Source of the DNA: an uncultured Candidatus Saccharibacteria bacterium
GTDB lineage: Bacteria; Patescibacteriota; Saccharimonadia; Saccharimonadales; Saccharimonadaceae
Assembly (NCBI GenBank): GCA_947425245.1
Contig: CANDYU010000001.1
Location: 63,028 to 127,027, forward strand
DNA length: 64,000 nucleotides
Direction of reading: 5' to 3'
The number at the start of each line of letters is the position of its first letter. Within the stretch, counting starts at the first letter, position 1. A program made the translations under genes and the position numbers. Below the pieces are notes generated by a model. The model saw only the letters and a list, made by a program, of their open reading frames with translations, had not been told where the DNA came from and did not search any database. This document shows positions 45,378 through 56,800 of the stretch, one piece after another.

Positions 45378-47290
45378 TATTTTTTAATCCCGTGTAAATT
45401 GTCGCACTTTAGTCCAGCATCTAGGAAATGTTGTGGGGGATAAGCACTGTTGCCCCATCCTGCCGAGTCGGCAGTCATCCAGTTACCGTCGGCGTCAACT
45501 CCTACGATACCGATATAGTGTCCACCGCTTGAGAATGGAGGATTATTGTTTCCGGTACCAGTAGCACCAGAAGTGTGAATCATCCAGCCATCGGCAAGGG
45601 CGGCTTCGATGACACCAATACAGCTCGATCGACTAGTGCTGAAGTCGTAGTATTGAACGCCGTAATGCTGAGCGAGAACGGCGGTGATGCTATGGGAACT
45701 ACCCTGACCAGGAACATGCATGCGGGCCTTACCGGCGACATCGGCGGTGTCGGCGGGGGTAATTTCTTGACCAAGAATAGCAGTAATCATCATAGCAAAA
45801 GAGGCTGGTCCGCAACCGGAACCTGCGATGGTGTCAAAGTAGTCATTAACTGGGCCATAGATACCGAGATCTCCATAGGCTAGAGGTCCCCACGGTTCAT
45901 CAGTTTGGAAATATTGAGGGACGCCCTCGCCATTATAGGTGCGGATACAGTCGATTAGGGTACTACGCCGTGAGTTCATACCGACGACGGCTTCATGAAT
46001 GGTTTGGGCGAAGAGTTCGTTCCCTTTGCCAGAAGTCGGGTGGACGTCGAGTTGGCCACTTTCATTTTTAACGTAGGTTTCGGGGCCTTCTGGTTGGGAG
46101 GTAACAGCATTTTCCCAATCAGCAACGAAGACATTTTTATTTTCGGCGGCAAGGGAGTCAAAAAGAAGGTTGTTTTGGGCATAATCATGGGCACCGAGGG
46201 AGAAATTGTTAACGAAGATGACTATACGGTCGAGGCCAGCGATATTAATGACTTTTTGGGCTGACTCTTGGGAGACATGGTCGGTATTGGTGCCAAGAGC
46301 AAAAACAATGATGTCGCGAGGGTTCGTCATTTGTTCAAGGATTTCGACACCTGCATCAAATTGACGGCTAACTGCGGCATTGATTTGGACTTCGGGTAAG
46401 AGTTTTCTAATTTCGGCTTCGGCACCAACGGTGATTGAATCACCAATGATGACGACATTTGAACCATCTTCTTCTGTGGTGCTGGAAGAACCGGGGTTGG
46501 TGAAAATCTTACCTTTGAATTGGTCGTAGTATGTATGGGCGGTGGCTGTTCTGGTGGATAATGTGTTGTCTCTAGGACCTTCGTAATTGGTGAAAATCCA
46601 TTGAGCTGCTTCATCAACGGTGGTTGTGCTGTAAAAACCAAGATATTCGTTTTCGAGCTCGTATTTTACGTATTCTAACTCGAGTGCAATAAGTTCACGG
46701 GCGACATCTTCCCCGGCGAGTTCGATAAACTTATCTCCATCGATAGTATAACCGACACTATATGTTTCTCGATTGAAGAAATATTCTAAGAGATTAGAGT
46801 TTTTGCTTTGGATATATTTCATAAAACCTTGTCGTCGCGTATGATATGACCATTGCACGAGCCCAATACCATAGCCGTTAACCGTGCTATCATTAACTAG
46901 GTCCATGTTTGGATGGCCTAAATAGCCATTACCACCAACACTTCCTACTTCGTGTTGTACTGGGTTGAAATAGTTGGATTCGTGTGCCATGTTTCCCATG
47001 ATCCCGGCGGCTTGCTCTTCGGTCATGAAGCTTGTGAGACCACTCCAGACCATTTCGGCAGCTTTTCCACCTGCAACATTAATATCGCCAGTGTAGCAGT
47101 TGCGAGCTTTGCTACCGACTGGGTTGTAGTAGTGGATGTCGCTTGCGTTGAAAAAGTTGAGGGTTGCACTGTCGAGGGAGGCACCAAAACACTGATCGCA
47201 AAGAAGAAAGCTAAGGAGGAGACAGAGTGCACTTTGGAGGAGACGGGGGAGGTGTTTTGGGATTCTTTTACATTTTTGGAGGAATATCAT
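45377..47290 (-). CDS. Secreted trifunctional cell-wall hydrolase: lysozyme-like, SGNH/GDSL hydrolase and C39/CHAP-like cysteine peptidase domains
   Basis: Signal peptide, then IMGNMAHESNYFNP..GLVQWSYHTRR, VVIIGDSITVG, GSGCGPASFAMMI and GGHYIGIVG. Confidence 0.7.
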   Translation of the reverse strand: MIFLQKCKRIPKHLPRLLQSALCLLLSFLLCDQCFGASLDSATLNFFNASDIHYYNPVGSKARNCYTGDINVAGGKAAEMVWSGLTSFMTEEQAAGIMGNMAHESNYFNPVQHEVGSVGGNGYLGHPNMDLVNDSTVNGYGIGLVQWSYHTRRQGFMKYIQSKNSNLLEYFFNRETYSVGYTIDGDKFIELAGEDVARELIALELEYVKYELENEYLGFYSTTTVDEAAQWIFTNYEGPRDNTLSTRTATAHTYYDQFKGKIFTNPGSSSTTEEDGSNVVIIGDSITVGAEAEIRKLLPEVQINAAVSRQFDAGVEILEQMTNPRDIIVFALGTNTDHVSQESAQKVINIAGLDRIVIFVNNFSLGAHDYAQNNLLFDSLAAENKNVFVADWENAVTSQPEGPETYVKNESGQLDVHPTSGKGNELFAQTIHEAVVGMNSRRSTLIDCIRTYNGEGVPQYFQTDEPWGPLAYGDLGIYGPVNDYFDTIAGSGCGPASFAMMITAILGQEITPADTADVAGKARMHVPGQGSSHSITAVLAQHYGVQYYDFSTSRSSCIGVIEAALADGWMIHTSGATGTGNNNPPFSSGGHYIGIVGVDADGNWMTADSAGWGNSAYPPQHFLDAGLKCDNLHGIKK

Positions 47291-50022
47291 GCGATGAGGC
47301 TCCGGTCGCGTAGGGTTGCTCGCGTGTCGGTATAGAGGTAGTTGTCGGTAATAATAGCAATAGTAGTATTGTTGTCAAGGTCGGTGGAGGATGGGTTTGC
47401 GAATAGAGGGGTGTTTTCGGCGTCGAGACGAGCGATAATTTCGGCACTGGTCTCGGGTTCGCTAGCTTTGTCGGTGAGGGCGATGCGGGTGCTGGCATCA
47501 TAACCGTCGAGGAGTTGGTAGTATTCTACAACGGCGAGAACTAATTCGGCATCATCTTTGCTGACCCCGGAGATGCGGGCGAGGATGCCGGAAGGCGAAT
47601 TGTCAGTAGGGTTTTTAGCTTCGTATTCTTCGAGGAACTGGGCAACTAGGCTCTTTTGGTCGCCACCAAAAGCACCTATTTGTGCGAGGGAGCGTTGCTC
47701 TTGGACGAAGTGCTGATAATATTTCATCTCACGATTCCAGAAGTTAGAGTTTTTCTCGGTGTAGCCACAGTATTCACCGGTGGCCCATTTGTAATTGTTG
47801 AAAGAATTAACGCTGTTTAAGATGTTGATAATATCACCGATGACGGGTGTAGAATTGAGGAAGTCGTTACCTTTTTCTAATGCACTCATAATTCCAGCAT
47901 CGGCCATACCCCAAGGTGAAGTACGCTTGTCGCAAAAAGTGATTTTTTTAGCTAAGTTGCTGTCTTCTTTGATTGAGCAGCTACCGTTACGGCAATCGAG
48001 TTGGGATGTAATAACTCTTTCGTATTCAGGGTCGTCTGGAGTGACATTGAGCATGGAGGTATCAGTAACGGTGACGCCATCACAATACATGGAGCCGTCG
48101 AGACCGATTTCTTCCATTTGGGGGCAGTCGCCATGGGAAGTTAGGTAGGCACTTTCGTCGCCAACGGCGGATACGGTGCCGGTGATGGTGCTGAGGGACT
48201 TGGCTGTGGTACGCATGATGGTGCCGATGGTTGAGGTGGTGTTAGAGGTGAAAATGGGGAGCAATGAGTAGGCAATGCTGCCAAGGAAGGTGTTTTTTGA
48301 GGTGATGTCGAAGGGGCTACGCTTTAGGCGGTCAACTTCGGCATCGAGGGCGGCGATTTGGTTGCTGTATTGGCTATATTGAGCAATCTTGGTACTAGAA
48401 GCGGGGGCTTGACCGTTGGCGGATTGGGCGAGCATGAGGTTCATACCGGCTCCGCGAGCAAATGCGTTGCCAGCTGGGATACCGGTGAGCTCGGTTATGC
48501 TGTTAACGAAGAAGGTACGGGCGATGGTGGGGATCATAAAGCTGAGGAAGGCACCTACGGCGACGCTACCGATAGCGGCTGCACCGAGTTTAAGGGCGTA
48601 ACCACCAATAACGGAGAGACCGCCGGTAGCGAAGGATAGGCCGATGGAAACGATGGAGGCGACAGATTCGGTGGCTTGGCTGGTGCTACAAACAGCAATT
48701 GAGGCGCCGGTCATCGCTAAGGCACTAAGGGCGGTTTTGCCGAGGCGTTCAAGAGAGTAGTTTGCGGCGGAGGCTTGGTTGACGGGTGCTCCGCTCATGA
48801 CAACTTGGACACCGTTGGCTTCGGCGGGTGAACCGGTTTCGGTGATGGTGGGGAGGGAGGTTTCGGCGTTGAGATAAGATGAGCCATTATAGTTGATAGG
48901 TTTTGAGTAATCCTCAATAGTTGTGGTGGCGGGGGTGATAAAGAAGTTGAGGAAGGAATTGATTGCGGAAGAGTCTCCATGGCCGGCTTTCATTTTGCTG
49001 ACATTTTCGATGAGACCCATGAAATAGGAGTAGGATTGGAATCGTTCCATGGCGGAAGCGACGGAAGAGACTAGGCTGGCAACCTTTAGAGCGGTACATC
49101 CCCAGTTTATGGCATGGGAGGCATTGGATACGGCTTGAGAGACATTGGATATTTGATTAATATAATTACTAGCTTTAGCGTTGGCAGTTTCTAAATTGTC
49201 ATCAACACTAACTTTAGAGTCACTGTCTTCGCGTCTATAAACGGTTTCGGTAGTACTATTGTCGGGGTCATCGGGGTCGGTTGTAGTTTCTTCATCTTGG
49301 TAGGTGGTAGTGATATTAGTACTACCACCGTCTAGTTCATCTGTCATGATGTTGCGGAACTCGAGTTCGTCAGCTTCGGTGTCCCCGGTTTGAGTGTAGT
49401 TGCTGTATAGATTGCGGCTGATGTTGACGCTTTGGTATGTGGTGTCGGCTGGCATGTCATAGAAATCAATGACATTGCCATAGCGTGAGTCGATAACATC
49501 GGCACGGAACTCATAGTTACTGTTATAACTATTCATAAAATCATCAACACCGATAACTTCATCACCCCAGTTTAAGGCGTTGCCATTGACTTCAATACCG
49601 TTGCTGTTGAGCTGTTTGCTGAATTGTTCGGAGATTGACTTGTAGGGTTTTGTCCAAGCTGGCCCGCTGTTATTATTGGTGCCGTTATAGCGGAGGGCAT
49701 ATCTAATGAGGTTGGCGGAAATGGTCTTTGAAGTGGCGTTTTGGGTGTTGGTTGCACTAGTGAAAAGGGATTCGATAGCGGGAGCGAGTAAGGTATTTGA
49801 GGAGCCGAGGAAGGCACCACCCCCTACAAAGAGCATGGCAATAGAGATGATGGCGGCAAGACCTTTTTTCTTCCCTTTCATGGTGAAGCGGTTTTGGGTG
49901 GGGGCTAAGGAGGAGCGACCGCTGCCAGTGTAGAGCGAGTTAGGAGTATCAGAAACGGAGCCAGATTCGAGTGATCGGCTGGCGGCGTTTTCTGAATTTC
50001 TTAGTAGATTTATACCGGACAT
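47287..50022 (-). CDS. Large (911 aa) membrane protein of the T4SS operon, unknown role
   Basis: An N-terminal TM segment, a central block of Gly/Ala-rich TM helices and Cys-rich distal domains. It is translationally coupled on both sides. Confidence 0.5.
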   Translation of the reverse strand: MSGINLLRNSENAASRSLESGSVSDTPNSLYTGSGRSSLAPTQNRFTMKGKKKGLAAIISIAMLFVGGGAFLGSSNTLLAPAIESLFTSATNTQNATSKTISANLIRYALRYNGTNNNSGPAWTKPYKSISEQFSKQLNSNGIEVNGNALNWGDEVIGVDDFMNSYNSNYEFRADVIDSRYGNVIDFYDMPADTTYQSVNISRNLYSNYTQTGDTEADELEFRNIMTDELDGGSTNITTTYQDEETTTDPDDPDNSTTETVYRREDSDSKVSVDDNLETANAKASNYINQISNVSQAVSNASHAINWGCTALKVASLVSSVASAMERFQSYSYFMGLIENVSKMKAGHGDSSAINSFLNFFITPATTTIEDYSKPINYNGSSYLNAETSLPTITETGSPAEANGVQVVMSGAPVNQASAANYSLERLGKTALSALAMTGASIAVCSTSQATESVASIVSIGLSFATGGLSVIGGYALKLGAAAIGSVAVGAFLSFMIPTIARTFFVNSITELTGIPAGNAFARGAGMNLMLAQSANGQAPASSTKIAQYSQYSNQIAALDAEVDRLKRSPFDITSKNTFLGSIAYSLLPIFTSNTTSTIGTIMRTTAKSLSTITGTVSAVGDESAYLTSHGDCPQMEEIGLDGSMYCDGVTVTDTSMLNVTPDDPEYERVITSQLDCRNGSCSIKEDSNLAKKITFCDKRTSPWGMADAGIMSALEKGNDFLNSTPVIGDIINILNSVNSFNNYKWATGEYCGYTEKNSNFWNREMKYYQHFVQEQRSLAQIGAFGGDQKSLVAQFLEEYEAKNPTDNSPSGILARISGVSKDDAELVLAVVEYYQLLDGYDASTRIALTDKASEPETSAEIIARLDAENTPLFANPSSTDLDNNTTIAIITDNYLYTDTRATLRDRSLIA

Positions 50023-50028
50023 AGAGGG

Positions 50029-51888
50029 TTACTTTCTGTCCTCCGGACGAGTAGTGATGAGTGATTCTTCGGTCTCGGAAGCGATGATTTGGATATGGAC
50101 ATGGTTGCTGCCGGCGAAGAAGAGGCCGTGACCAACTGGGAAGTTGGAGAGGCGTTTCTTTTCTTCGGCGGTAAGTTTAAAGACATCGCTAAGAACATCG
50201 ACAGCAGAGGCTGATTGTTTAAGGAGGAGTTGCATAGAGGAGTTGGCAACAATAGCACGTCCCATCTTGCTGCTCATGAAGTCTTCAACATCTTGGGTAA
50301 TAGTAGTGAGACCGAGGTAATATTTACGGGCACGCTTAGCGAGACTGAAGAGGAAGTTGGCAGAGTCGTCATATTTCATAAGTTGCCAAGCCTCATCAAC
50401 AATGAGGAGGCGACGCTTTTGGTCGGCACGGACGATGTTCCAGATATGGGAAAGGATAATATACATGGCGACTGGACGAAGTTCGTCTTCAAGGTCGCGA
50501 ATATTAAAGACGACCATTTGGTTGTTGATGTCGACATTGGATTGTTGGGAGAAAATCCCAGCGAAGGTACCAGAAGTGTATTTACGGAGGCGCTGGGCGA
50601 GGTTTGGTCCGCTACCACCCATGTGAAGAAGGGTGTCGTAGAGGTTGTTGATGGTCGGGGGTGGGGATTGGTGGGTGAGTGGATCACTAGTAATACCGGC
50701 ACGGGCGTAAGTATCAATCAGGGCTTGATCAAGGTCGGCTTCTTCGTTAGCACTGAGGGCGGGGACGACTTGGCCGTTGGCGGCGATTTGGTTACCGCCG
50801 AGCATAAGACGGAAGAGACCGTGAAGGGTGACGAGGTTTGAACGGAGGGCGTCGTTGGCATCTTCGCTGTCGACGACTTTTGGTAAATCGAAAGGATTAA
50901 TACGGACATCGGAGTTAAGAGAGAGGCGGATATAGCTGCCACCAACAGCGTCGCAAAGACGCTGGTATTCGTTTTCGGGGTCGATAATAAGGATTTCGGC
51001 TCCAATCATCATGGAACGAAGAGCCTCAAGCTTCACGGCGAAGGATTTACCAGCACCGGATTTTGCGAAAACGACGAGGTTGGCGTTTTCAAGACTGAAG
51101 CGGTCGAAGATAACGAGGCCATTGTTATGCATATTGACACCATAGAGGATGCCTTTTTCTTGGGTAAGATCGGCCGATGTAAAAGGAAAACAGGTTGAGA
51201 TAGCACCAGTGTTCATGTTGCGGCGAATCTGGAGTTGATCGGTACATTGAGGCATACAGCTGTTCATTCCCTGCTCTTGTTGGGAACTGGCTACCTTGCT
51301 GAAGACCATTTGTTGACCAAGTAGGGTTTCAATTTTGTGCTGAACGAAGTTTAGCTCGTCGAGTGAGTCAGCCCAGAGTGTAATATAGAGCCCAAAACGG
51401 AAGAACTTTTCGGCACCGACTTGGAGTTGGTCACGAAGTTCTTCGGCGTCGCGAATGGCGGCCTCAAGCTCAGGATCGCGAATCTTCCCCTTTTCAGCGT
51501 TAACACTGTAGCTGGCCTCGAGTTGGGTGACCTTTTTACGGAGGTTTTTCATGACTACGGTCGTTTCGACTGGATAGACGTACATGGAAACATCGAGGAC
51601 CTCGTCAATATTGATAAGACCGGAAATCCAACCAGTATAGAGGCTGCGAGGGTAGCCGTAGACATAGATTGTGCGACCGTATTTTGTACCAAGACGGAAA
51701 TAGCTGGAGTGGATTTCGATTGAGCTAGGGGAGATGAGGTCGCGCAAAGTCGTTACGCCTTGTTCGAAGGCTTGTTGAATCTCGGCGGCTTCAGCGGCCT
51801 GGGAGCGGGCGGCGATTTCAGCAGCACTGGCTTCGGCTTGGCGAATACGCTCGGCTTCTTTTCTGGCTTGTCGTTCTTTCCTACCCAT
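50029..51888 (-). CDS. virB4: VirB4/TraE/PrgJ-family T4SS ATPase
   Basis: Walker A FAKSGAGKSF and Walker B RLLIVDEAW. The N-terminal segment FRLGTKYGRTIYVYGYPRSLYTGW is typical of Gram-positive VirB4 proteins. Confidence 0.88.
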   Translation of the reverse strand: MGRKERQARKEAERIRQAEASAAEIAARSQAAEAAEIQQAFEQGVTTLRDLISPSSIEIHSSYFRLGTKYGRTIYVYGYPRSLYTGWISGLINIDEVLDVSMYVYPVETTVVMKNLRKKVTQLEASYSVNAEKGKIRDPELEAAIRDAEELRDQLQVGAEKFFRFGLYITLWADSLDELNFVQHKIETLLGQQMVFSKVASSQQEQGMNSCMPQCTDQLQIRRNMNTGAISTCFPFTSADLTQEKGILYGVNMHNNGLVIFDRFSLENANLVVFAKSGAGKSFAVKLEALRSMMIGAEILIIDPENEYQRLCDAVGGSYIRLSLNSDVRINPFDLPKVVDSEDANDALRSNLVTLHGLFRLMLGGNQIAANGQVVPALSANEEADLDQALIDTYARAGITSDPLTHQSPPPTINNLYDTLLHMGGSGPNLAQRLRKYTSGTFAGIFSQQSNVDINNQMVVFNIRDLEDELRPVAMYIILSHIWNIVRADQKRRLLIVDEAWQLMKYDDSANFLFSLAKRARKYYLGLTTITQDVEDFMSSKMGRAIVANSSMQLLLKQSASAVDVLSDVFKLTAEEKKRLSNFPVGHGLFFAGSNHVHIQIIASETEESLITTRPEDRK

Positions 51889-52930
51889 TATTTTCTCCTT
51901 TGGTGCCTTTCTTAACGTAAAGATTGGCGAGTTTACTAAAATCTACTAGTGGTTCACGGACGGCGGTGTCGGGGTTGTTGAAGTTATAGAAGAGTTGGCT
52001 GAGTTCGCGGGTGTTGAGGCGGACGGATTTGATACCAATATTATATAAACCGGAAATAACTGATTCGACACGGTTGTTTAGTTCGTCGATAGCTTTGTTG
52101 TATATGTCACGGTTGATACGGGTGACGCCGGGATTCTTATTCTTGCTCATGACTTTGAGGAAGTTTTTGGTTTCTTCGACGGCACGCTCGAGGTCGGCAG
52201 AGGCGTAGTATGGAATAACCACAAAGAAGGATTTATCCATGATATTAGCGGCTTGGGAGAGTTGGCTAATGAAGTTAATATAGTCATCCATGAGTACACC
52301 GAGGAGCATGTTGTCGTTGTTGCGACGGAGCTGACTGAGGCGATCGATGTATGGGCCAATGTCGACACGCTGGGAGCGGACGAGGATTTGGACGGTGAAG
52401 TTTAGGGAGTTGAGGAAGTTTTGGTAGCTATATTCGACACCTTCGCGTTCTTGCTCAGACATAAGATCGAAGTTGATTGATTGGCAAGCAACGACGGCAC
52501 GGAAGGATCCGTCTTTCATGATAATTATGCTATCACGAAGTTCGGAGAAGAGGAGGGTGGCTTGGGTAGAGATAGGGTTCTCAACAACCTTGGGAGGTTC
52601 GGGGAGGTTTTGTTCTGGGGTAGCGGCGACTGCCTGGGTGGGTTGGACAGCTCCAGGGAGAGGTTGAATTGATTGGGGCGAAAACGGGGCGGCAGGAGTA
52701 GAAGTTTGGGATATGGTAGCTGGCATTGGTGTAGTAGGGGTTGGTTGGGCGGTGGGGTATGTGGAGGGCGAGAGAGCGGTCTGAGTAGCAGGATAGGGTT
52801 GGGCGGCTGGCATGGATAGGGGTTGAGCAACGGGGTTTGCGACAGCCATAGCCCGAGCTTCAGCACCAGCACCGTAATTTTGGGGTGTTGGTTGACCTTG
52901 AGGAATGTTGTTATAATTTCGTGGGTCCAT
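51881..52930 (-). CDS. T4SS-associated protein: Pro/Gln/Ala-rich N-terminus plus a C-terminal region resembling a non-ATPase VirB4 N-domain
   Basis: The segment IIMKDGSFRAVVACQSINFDLMSEQEREGV..VQILVRSQRVD parallels the N-terminal layout of VirB4 proteins. There is no Walker motif. It overlaps the virB4 start by 8 nt. Confidence 0.4.
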   Translation of the reverse strand: MDPRNYNNIPQGQPTPQNYGAGAEARAMAVANPVAQPLSMPAAQPYPATQTALSPSTYPTAQPTPTTPMPATISQTSTPAAPFSPQSIQPLPGAVQPTQAVAATPEQNLPEPPKVVENPISTQATLLFSELRDSIIIMKDGSFRAVVACQSINFDLMSEQEREGVEYSYQNFLNSLNFTVQILVRSQRVDIGPYIDRLSQLRRNNDNMLLGVLMDDYINFISQLSQAANIMDKSFFVVIPYYASADLERAVEETKNFLKVMSKNKNPGVTRINRDIYNKAIDELNNRVESVISGLYNIGIKSVRLNTRELSQLFYNFNNPDTAVREPLVDFSKLANLYVKKGTKGENNG

Positions 52931-52938
52931 ATAGCTCC

Positions 52939-53700
52939 TTAATGTAGTGGTATGATTGTTTCGGTGTTAGAGTTTTGTGAAAGCGAAAGGCGGTTTAGTT
53001 CATCGGAATTCGGTTGGATAACGGTAGGGGAGATAGTATCTTCGGGGGTTAGAGGTTGGAGGACTCGTTCGTGACTGATGGTCGGGGCGGGGGCGACATT
53101 CTCAAAGCTGTGAGCGGAGTTTTGGATTGCGGTACGCATTTGGTTAATGGCAGCTTGGTGTCTTTCTTCTTGTTCTTGATTAATGAGATGGCCGAGACGA
53201 GAGGTATTTGAGCTGTCGAACATGTCGGTAGTATTGTAGGCTTCGGCATAGAACTCATCACGCATAGGCGAGTTGGTGTTCTTAATAGCGAAGCCTTCCG
53301 AGTCGACGATTTCGGCAAGAAATGAGAGACGATGGTTAGCTTCCTCTTCGGTAATATTGCGGACGCGTGAAGCTTCGACTTTTTTCGGAGTGGTAATTTT
53401 TATTGTAGATTCGCTTTGGCCAGGAACCCAGAAGCGTTTGTTGGGTTTTGTGTAGAAAGAGATAAGGGCGGCTAAGTAAGTTTCCATGGGTTGGTCCTTT
53501 TTAAGTGGGAGAGCGAGGATGATAAAGAAGAGAGCGATAGGGATAGGGATAATTGCGAGAAGGGAGAAGATTTGGAACAAGGCAAAAGCTAACGCAATCA
53601 TGCCGAAAGCGATCATAAGATAGATGAACTGTCGGAAGCTAAAAGGGCCGAGAAGTTTATCGTCCGCTTCGACATCTTGTGGTACTTTATAAGTCGCCAT
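52939..53700 (-). CDS. PrgI-family (VirB3-like) T4SS membrane protein
   Basis: MATYKVPQDVEADDKLLGPFSFRQFIYL followed by two TM helices. This is the PrgI-family hallmark as I recall it. Confidence 0.65.
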   Translation of the reverse strand: MATYKVPQDVEADDKLLGPFSFRQFIYLMIAFGMIALAFALFQIFSLLAIIPIPIALFFIILALPLKKDQPMETYLAALISFYTKPNKRFWVPGQSESTIKITTPKKVEASRVRNITEEEANHRLSFLAEIVDSEGFAIKNTNSPMRDEFYAEAYNTTDMFDSSNTSRLGHLINQEQEERHQAAINQMRTAIQNSAHSFENVAPAPTISHERVLQPLTPEDTISPTVIQPNSDELNRLSLSQNSNTETIIPLH

Positions 53701-53816
53701 ATGATTCTATTTTATCATGGATGGGAGAGAAAATATAGTAATATGCCCACCAAAATATAACACCTCCTATGATATATAGAATATATGATGATCTGATAGT
53801 TTGTCAAGCAAAGTTT

Positions 53817-56800
53817 TTAAAGGTAAGCGTTGAGATAGCTAGTAATCTCTTCTCGGAGTTGATCGAGGCGTTGATCTTCCCCATCGTCGATGATGCCGAA
53901 CGATTGGTTAAAGGCTTGTTGGGAGTATTGGTAAGCGATTGAGTCGATAATGTCGTCGATGTCTGGAGCGATAGAGGTAAGTCCAGGGTTGTTGTGGGCA
54001 TAGCTTCTTAAGAGTTCGGAGACGGCATGGAAATCATTGGAGCTATGGAGGATATCCTCGACCTGTTGCATGATGTGGGCGGCACTACTGATGTTGGCGA
54101 CATAATCGTTACGATCGTTACTACGCTGTAATTGGTTGTTGAAATTATTGAGGGTGGGGTTGCTGTTTGGTGATGAGTTGTTGGAATCGGAGGACGGGGC
54201 GACAATGTTGGGGAGGGGCAGATCGCTATTTTCGGCATTGGAGTTGTTGGTGTCGTTAGTACCACCGAAGGGGATGCCGCCATTGTTTTGAGAGGCGTGA
54301 GGACGGACTGGGGGAGGGGTGGGGTGGCTAGTGGTGTAGTTGGCCTTGGCTTGTTGGATGTTTTTCTGGGCGTTGGCGATAACAGCTCTGTGGGTGTTGT
54401 AATCTTTAACATCGAAGATATCGTTGTCGGGGTTGAGGCGGTCTTCGAAAGCGAGAGCTTCGTTGAAGTTTTCTTCACCTATGTTACCGAGGGCTATGGC
54501 GAGGTTATTGATAGCGTCGTAGCCGTCTGGTTTGATGTTTTCACTCATGTTTGGAGTGATATTACGGTTAAGCATACCGGTGAGTTTGCGAGCGGCACGA
54601 GGTAGGATGCTGTGTTTTACGAAATTGCGACGCTGTTCGGTGGTGGCTTGGTTGGCGGCGATTTCTTGCCAGGTTTTTTTACCGTTTTGGTCAGTGACAA
54701 GCTGGAGACCTTTGAGATGACCACCGTTCACATCGCGGTAACCTTCAATGTCGGCATCGCTGATTAGGTCGTCGAAACGTTTGCCAGGTTCGGTAGCGGT
54801 GAGGCTGGAGATGAGGGCGGCCCAGGTATTAATAGCATAGGCGTCGTTTTGGAAGAAGGAGCCTGGTTTGGTAGCGACGGAGAGGCTTTGGAGGTTAGCG
54901 ATATGGTATTGGCCAATAGTGTTGATGTAGCCGAGGTTAGCTTGGCTAGTAAGCATAGGAGTTACTTCGGCAGCATGGTCTTTATAACGAGAGTCGAGCA
55001 TGGCGGCGGAGATAGTGCTATGGAATTGGCGGAGAATACCAGGGGCGGTGCCGGTTGAAGCATCTCCGGTACCATAGCTAATGTTGTAACGGCGGTTGAT
55101 GGGGTCACCAACATTAATGGTTTTGATAAGCATTTCTTTCATGTAAGCAGCATCGTCAGCGTAGACGCGTTGGATAGTGTCGCCCTTATCGTCTTTAATC
55201 TCCATATAGCGAATACGTGTGTAGTTTTTCTGTTCTTCATCAGAGAGGTTGTCGTAAGCTTCTTTTTCGATTTCTTGGCCGGTCGTAACATGGCGGGCGA
55301 TGTATTTATCCCATTTTCGGCTACGGGCTGCATGTTCGTCGCTGAGGAAGTTGTAGTTCATGTCTTCGAGTTTTTCCCCGTTTTCGTCGAGTTCGACACC
55401 ATCATCGTTGACGGCACCCTTATCAAGAGACATGGCACGGAAGCCGCGTTTGTCGATGTTGAACTTGTTCATGACGATACCAACTTCACGACGACGACGG
55501 CCTTCGATCTCGGAGCTGCGGAGGAGGACTTGTCCCATGATGGTGGATTCGCCAATATGTCCGAGGCTACCGGTGGCGTTTTTGATTAGGCGGTTAAACT
55601 CAGTACTATTACCTCGGCTGTGATTCTTGACGGCGTCGAGATAGCCCTTGAGCAAGAATGACTGATCGCCTTGGGCAATGTTTTCAGCACGGAACTGTTG
55701 CATCATGGCTTCATAATAAGCTTGGCCGTGTTGGTAACCGAGACTTTGTTCTTCTCGCTTAGTGCCGGCTAGGTTGCTTTCGAAAATATCACCGTATTCA
55801 GACAGTGTATTATCAAGATTCTTTTGGGCGGTACTGGCTAAGGTATCTTGGAGGCTAGCTTCCTTAAGGAGTTGGGTGGTTTTTGAGGCTTTCTTCTTCC
55901 ATTGGTCGAGACCATCCTTACTGCGACCATCATAAGAGCTGGCTTCAAGAAGAGCACGGGTTTTGGCGCGACTGGCAAAGGTGCGAGTTCCGGCGTCAAT
56001 TTTGAGATTACGCATTTCCTGTTTGTAGGCGAGGTAATTGCGGAGGCGAGAACCGTTCAAGGTATTGTTAGAGGCAAGATAGCGACGGCGGGCAACTTCG
56101 GCGTGGGAGTTGGCCCAGTTTCCGACGCCACCGTAGATTGGTTTGGCGGCGGTACCAAGGGCGGCACTGACCTTGCCGAGTATGGTGCCAGACATTTTGA
56201 GGAGGGAGGTGGCCATGAAGAGTGGTAGGACACGAAGGCCGAGACCGATAAGGATGCGGAACATGCTTCCGTCGGCTGAAGTAATGATAGCCCAGCTGGC
56301 GAGTTTTGAGGCACCAAAAAGGAAGCTAAACATGGGGAAGAAAATGAGCATTTGGAATAATAAGTCTTTCCACTTTTTAAACCAACGTTCAGTATTCGGT
56401 AGGAGATAGCAGACGAAGGCGAGTGGGGCGATCATGATGAGGATGAGGATGACGCCTTGGCGGAGAGCGATAGTTAGGAGACCAATGAGGGCGGATAGTA
56501 GAGCTCCAAAGATGAGGATGGCAAACATCCAGAGGAGGTGGCCAACGCCACCGGAAGCGACAGTGGCTGCCCAGGCAAGTGTGGCACCGCCGGCAAAGTA
56601 GGCGGCCATTTCGGACCAGCTAACTTGGGCGATTGGGTCTTCGGTGAGATGAATAGCGTCTTGAACCTCACTAAAGGCATCCATGAGGCTGCTACCAACT
56701 ATATTGCTAACATCAACGGCTAAGACGGTAATGATGTAGCTGAGATTAACAAGGATGGCGGCGATGATGACTCGGGGGAGGACGCGTTTAATGCCGTAAT

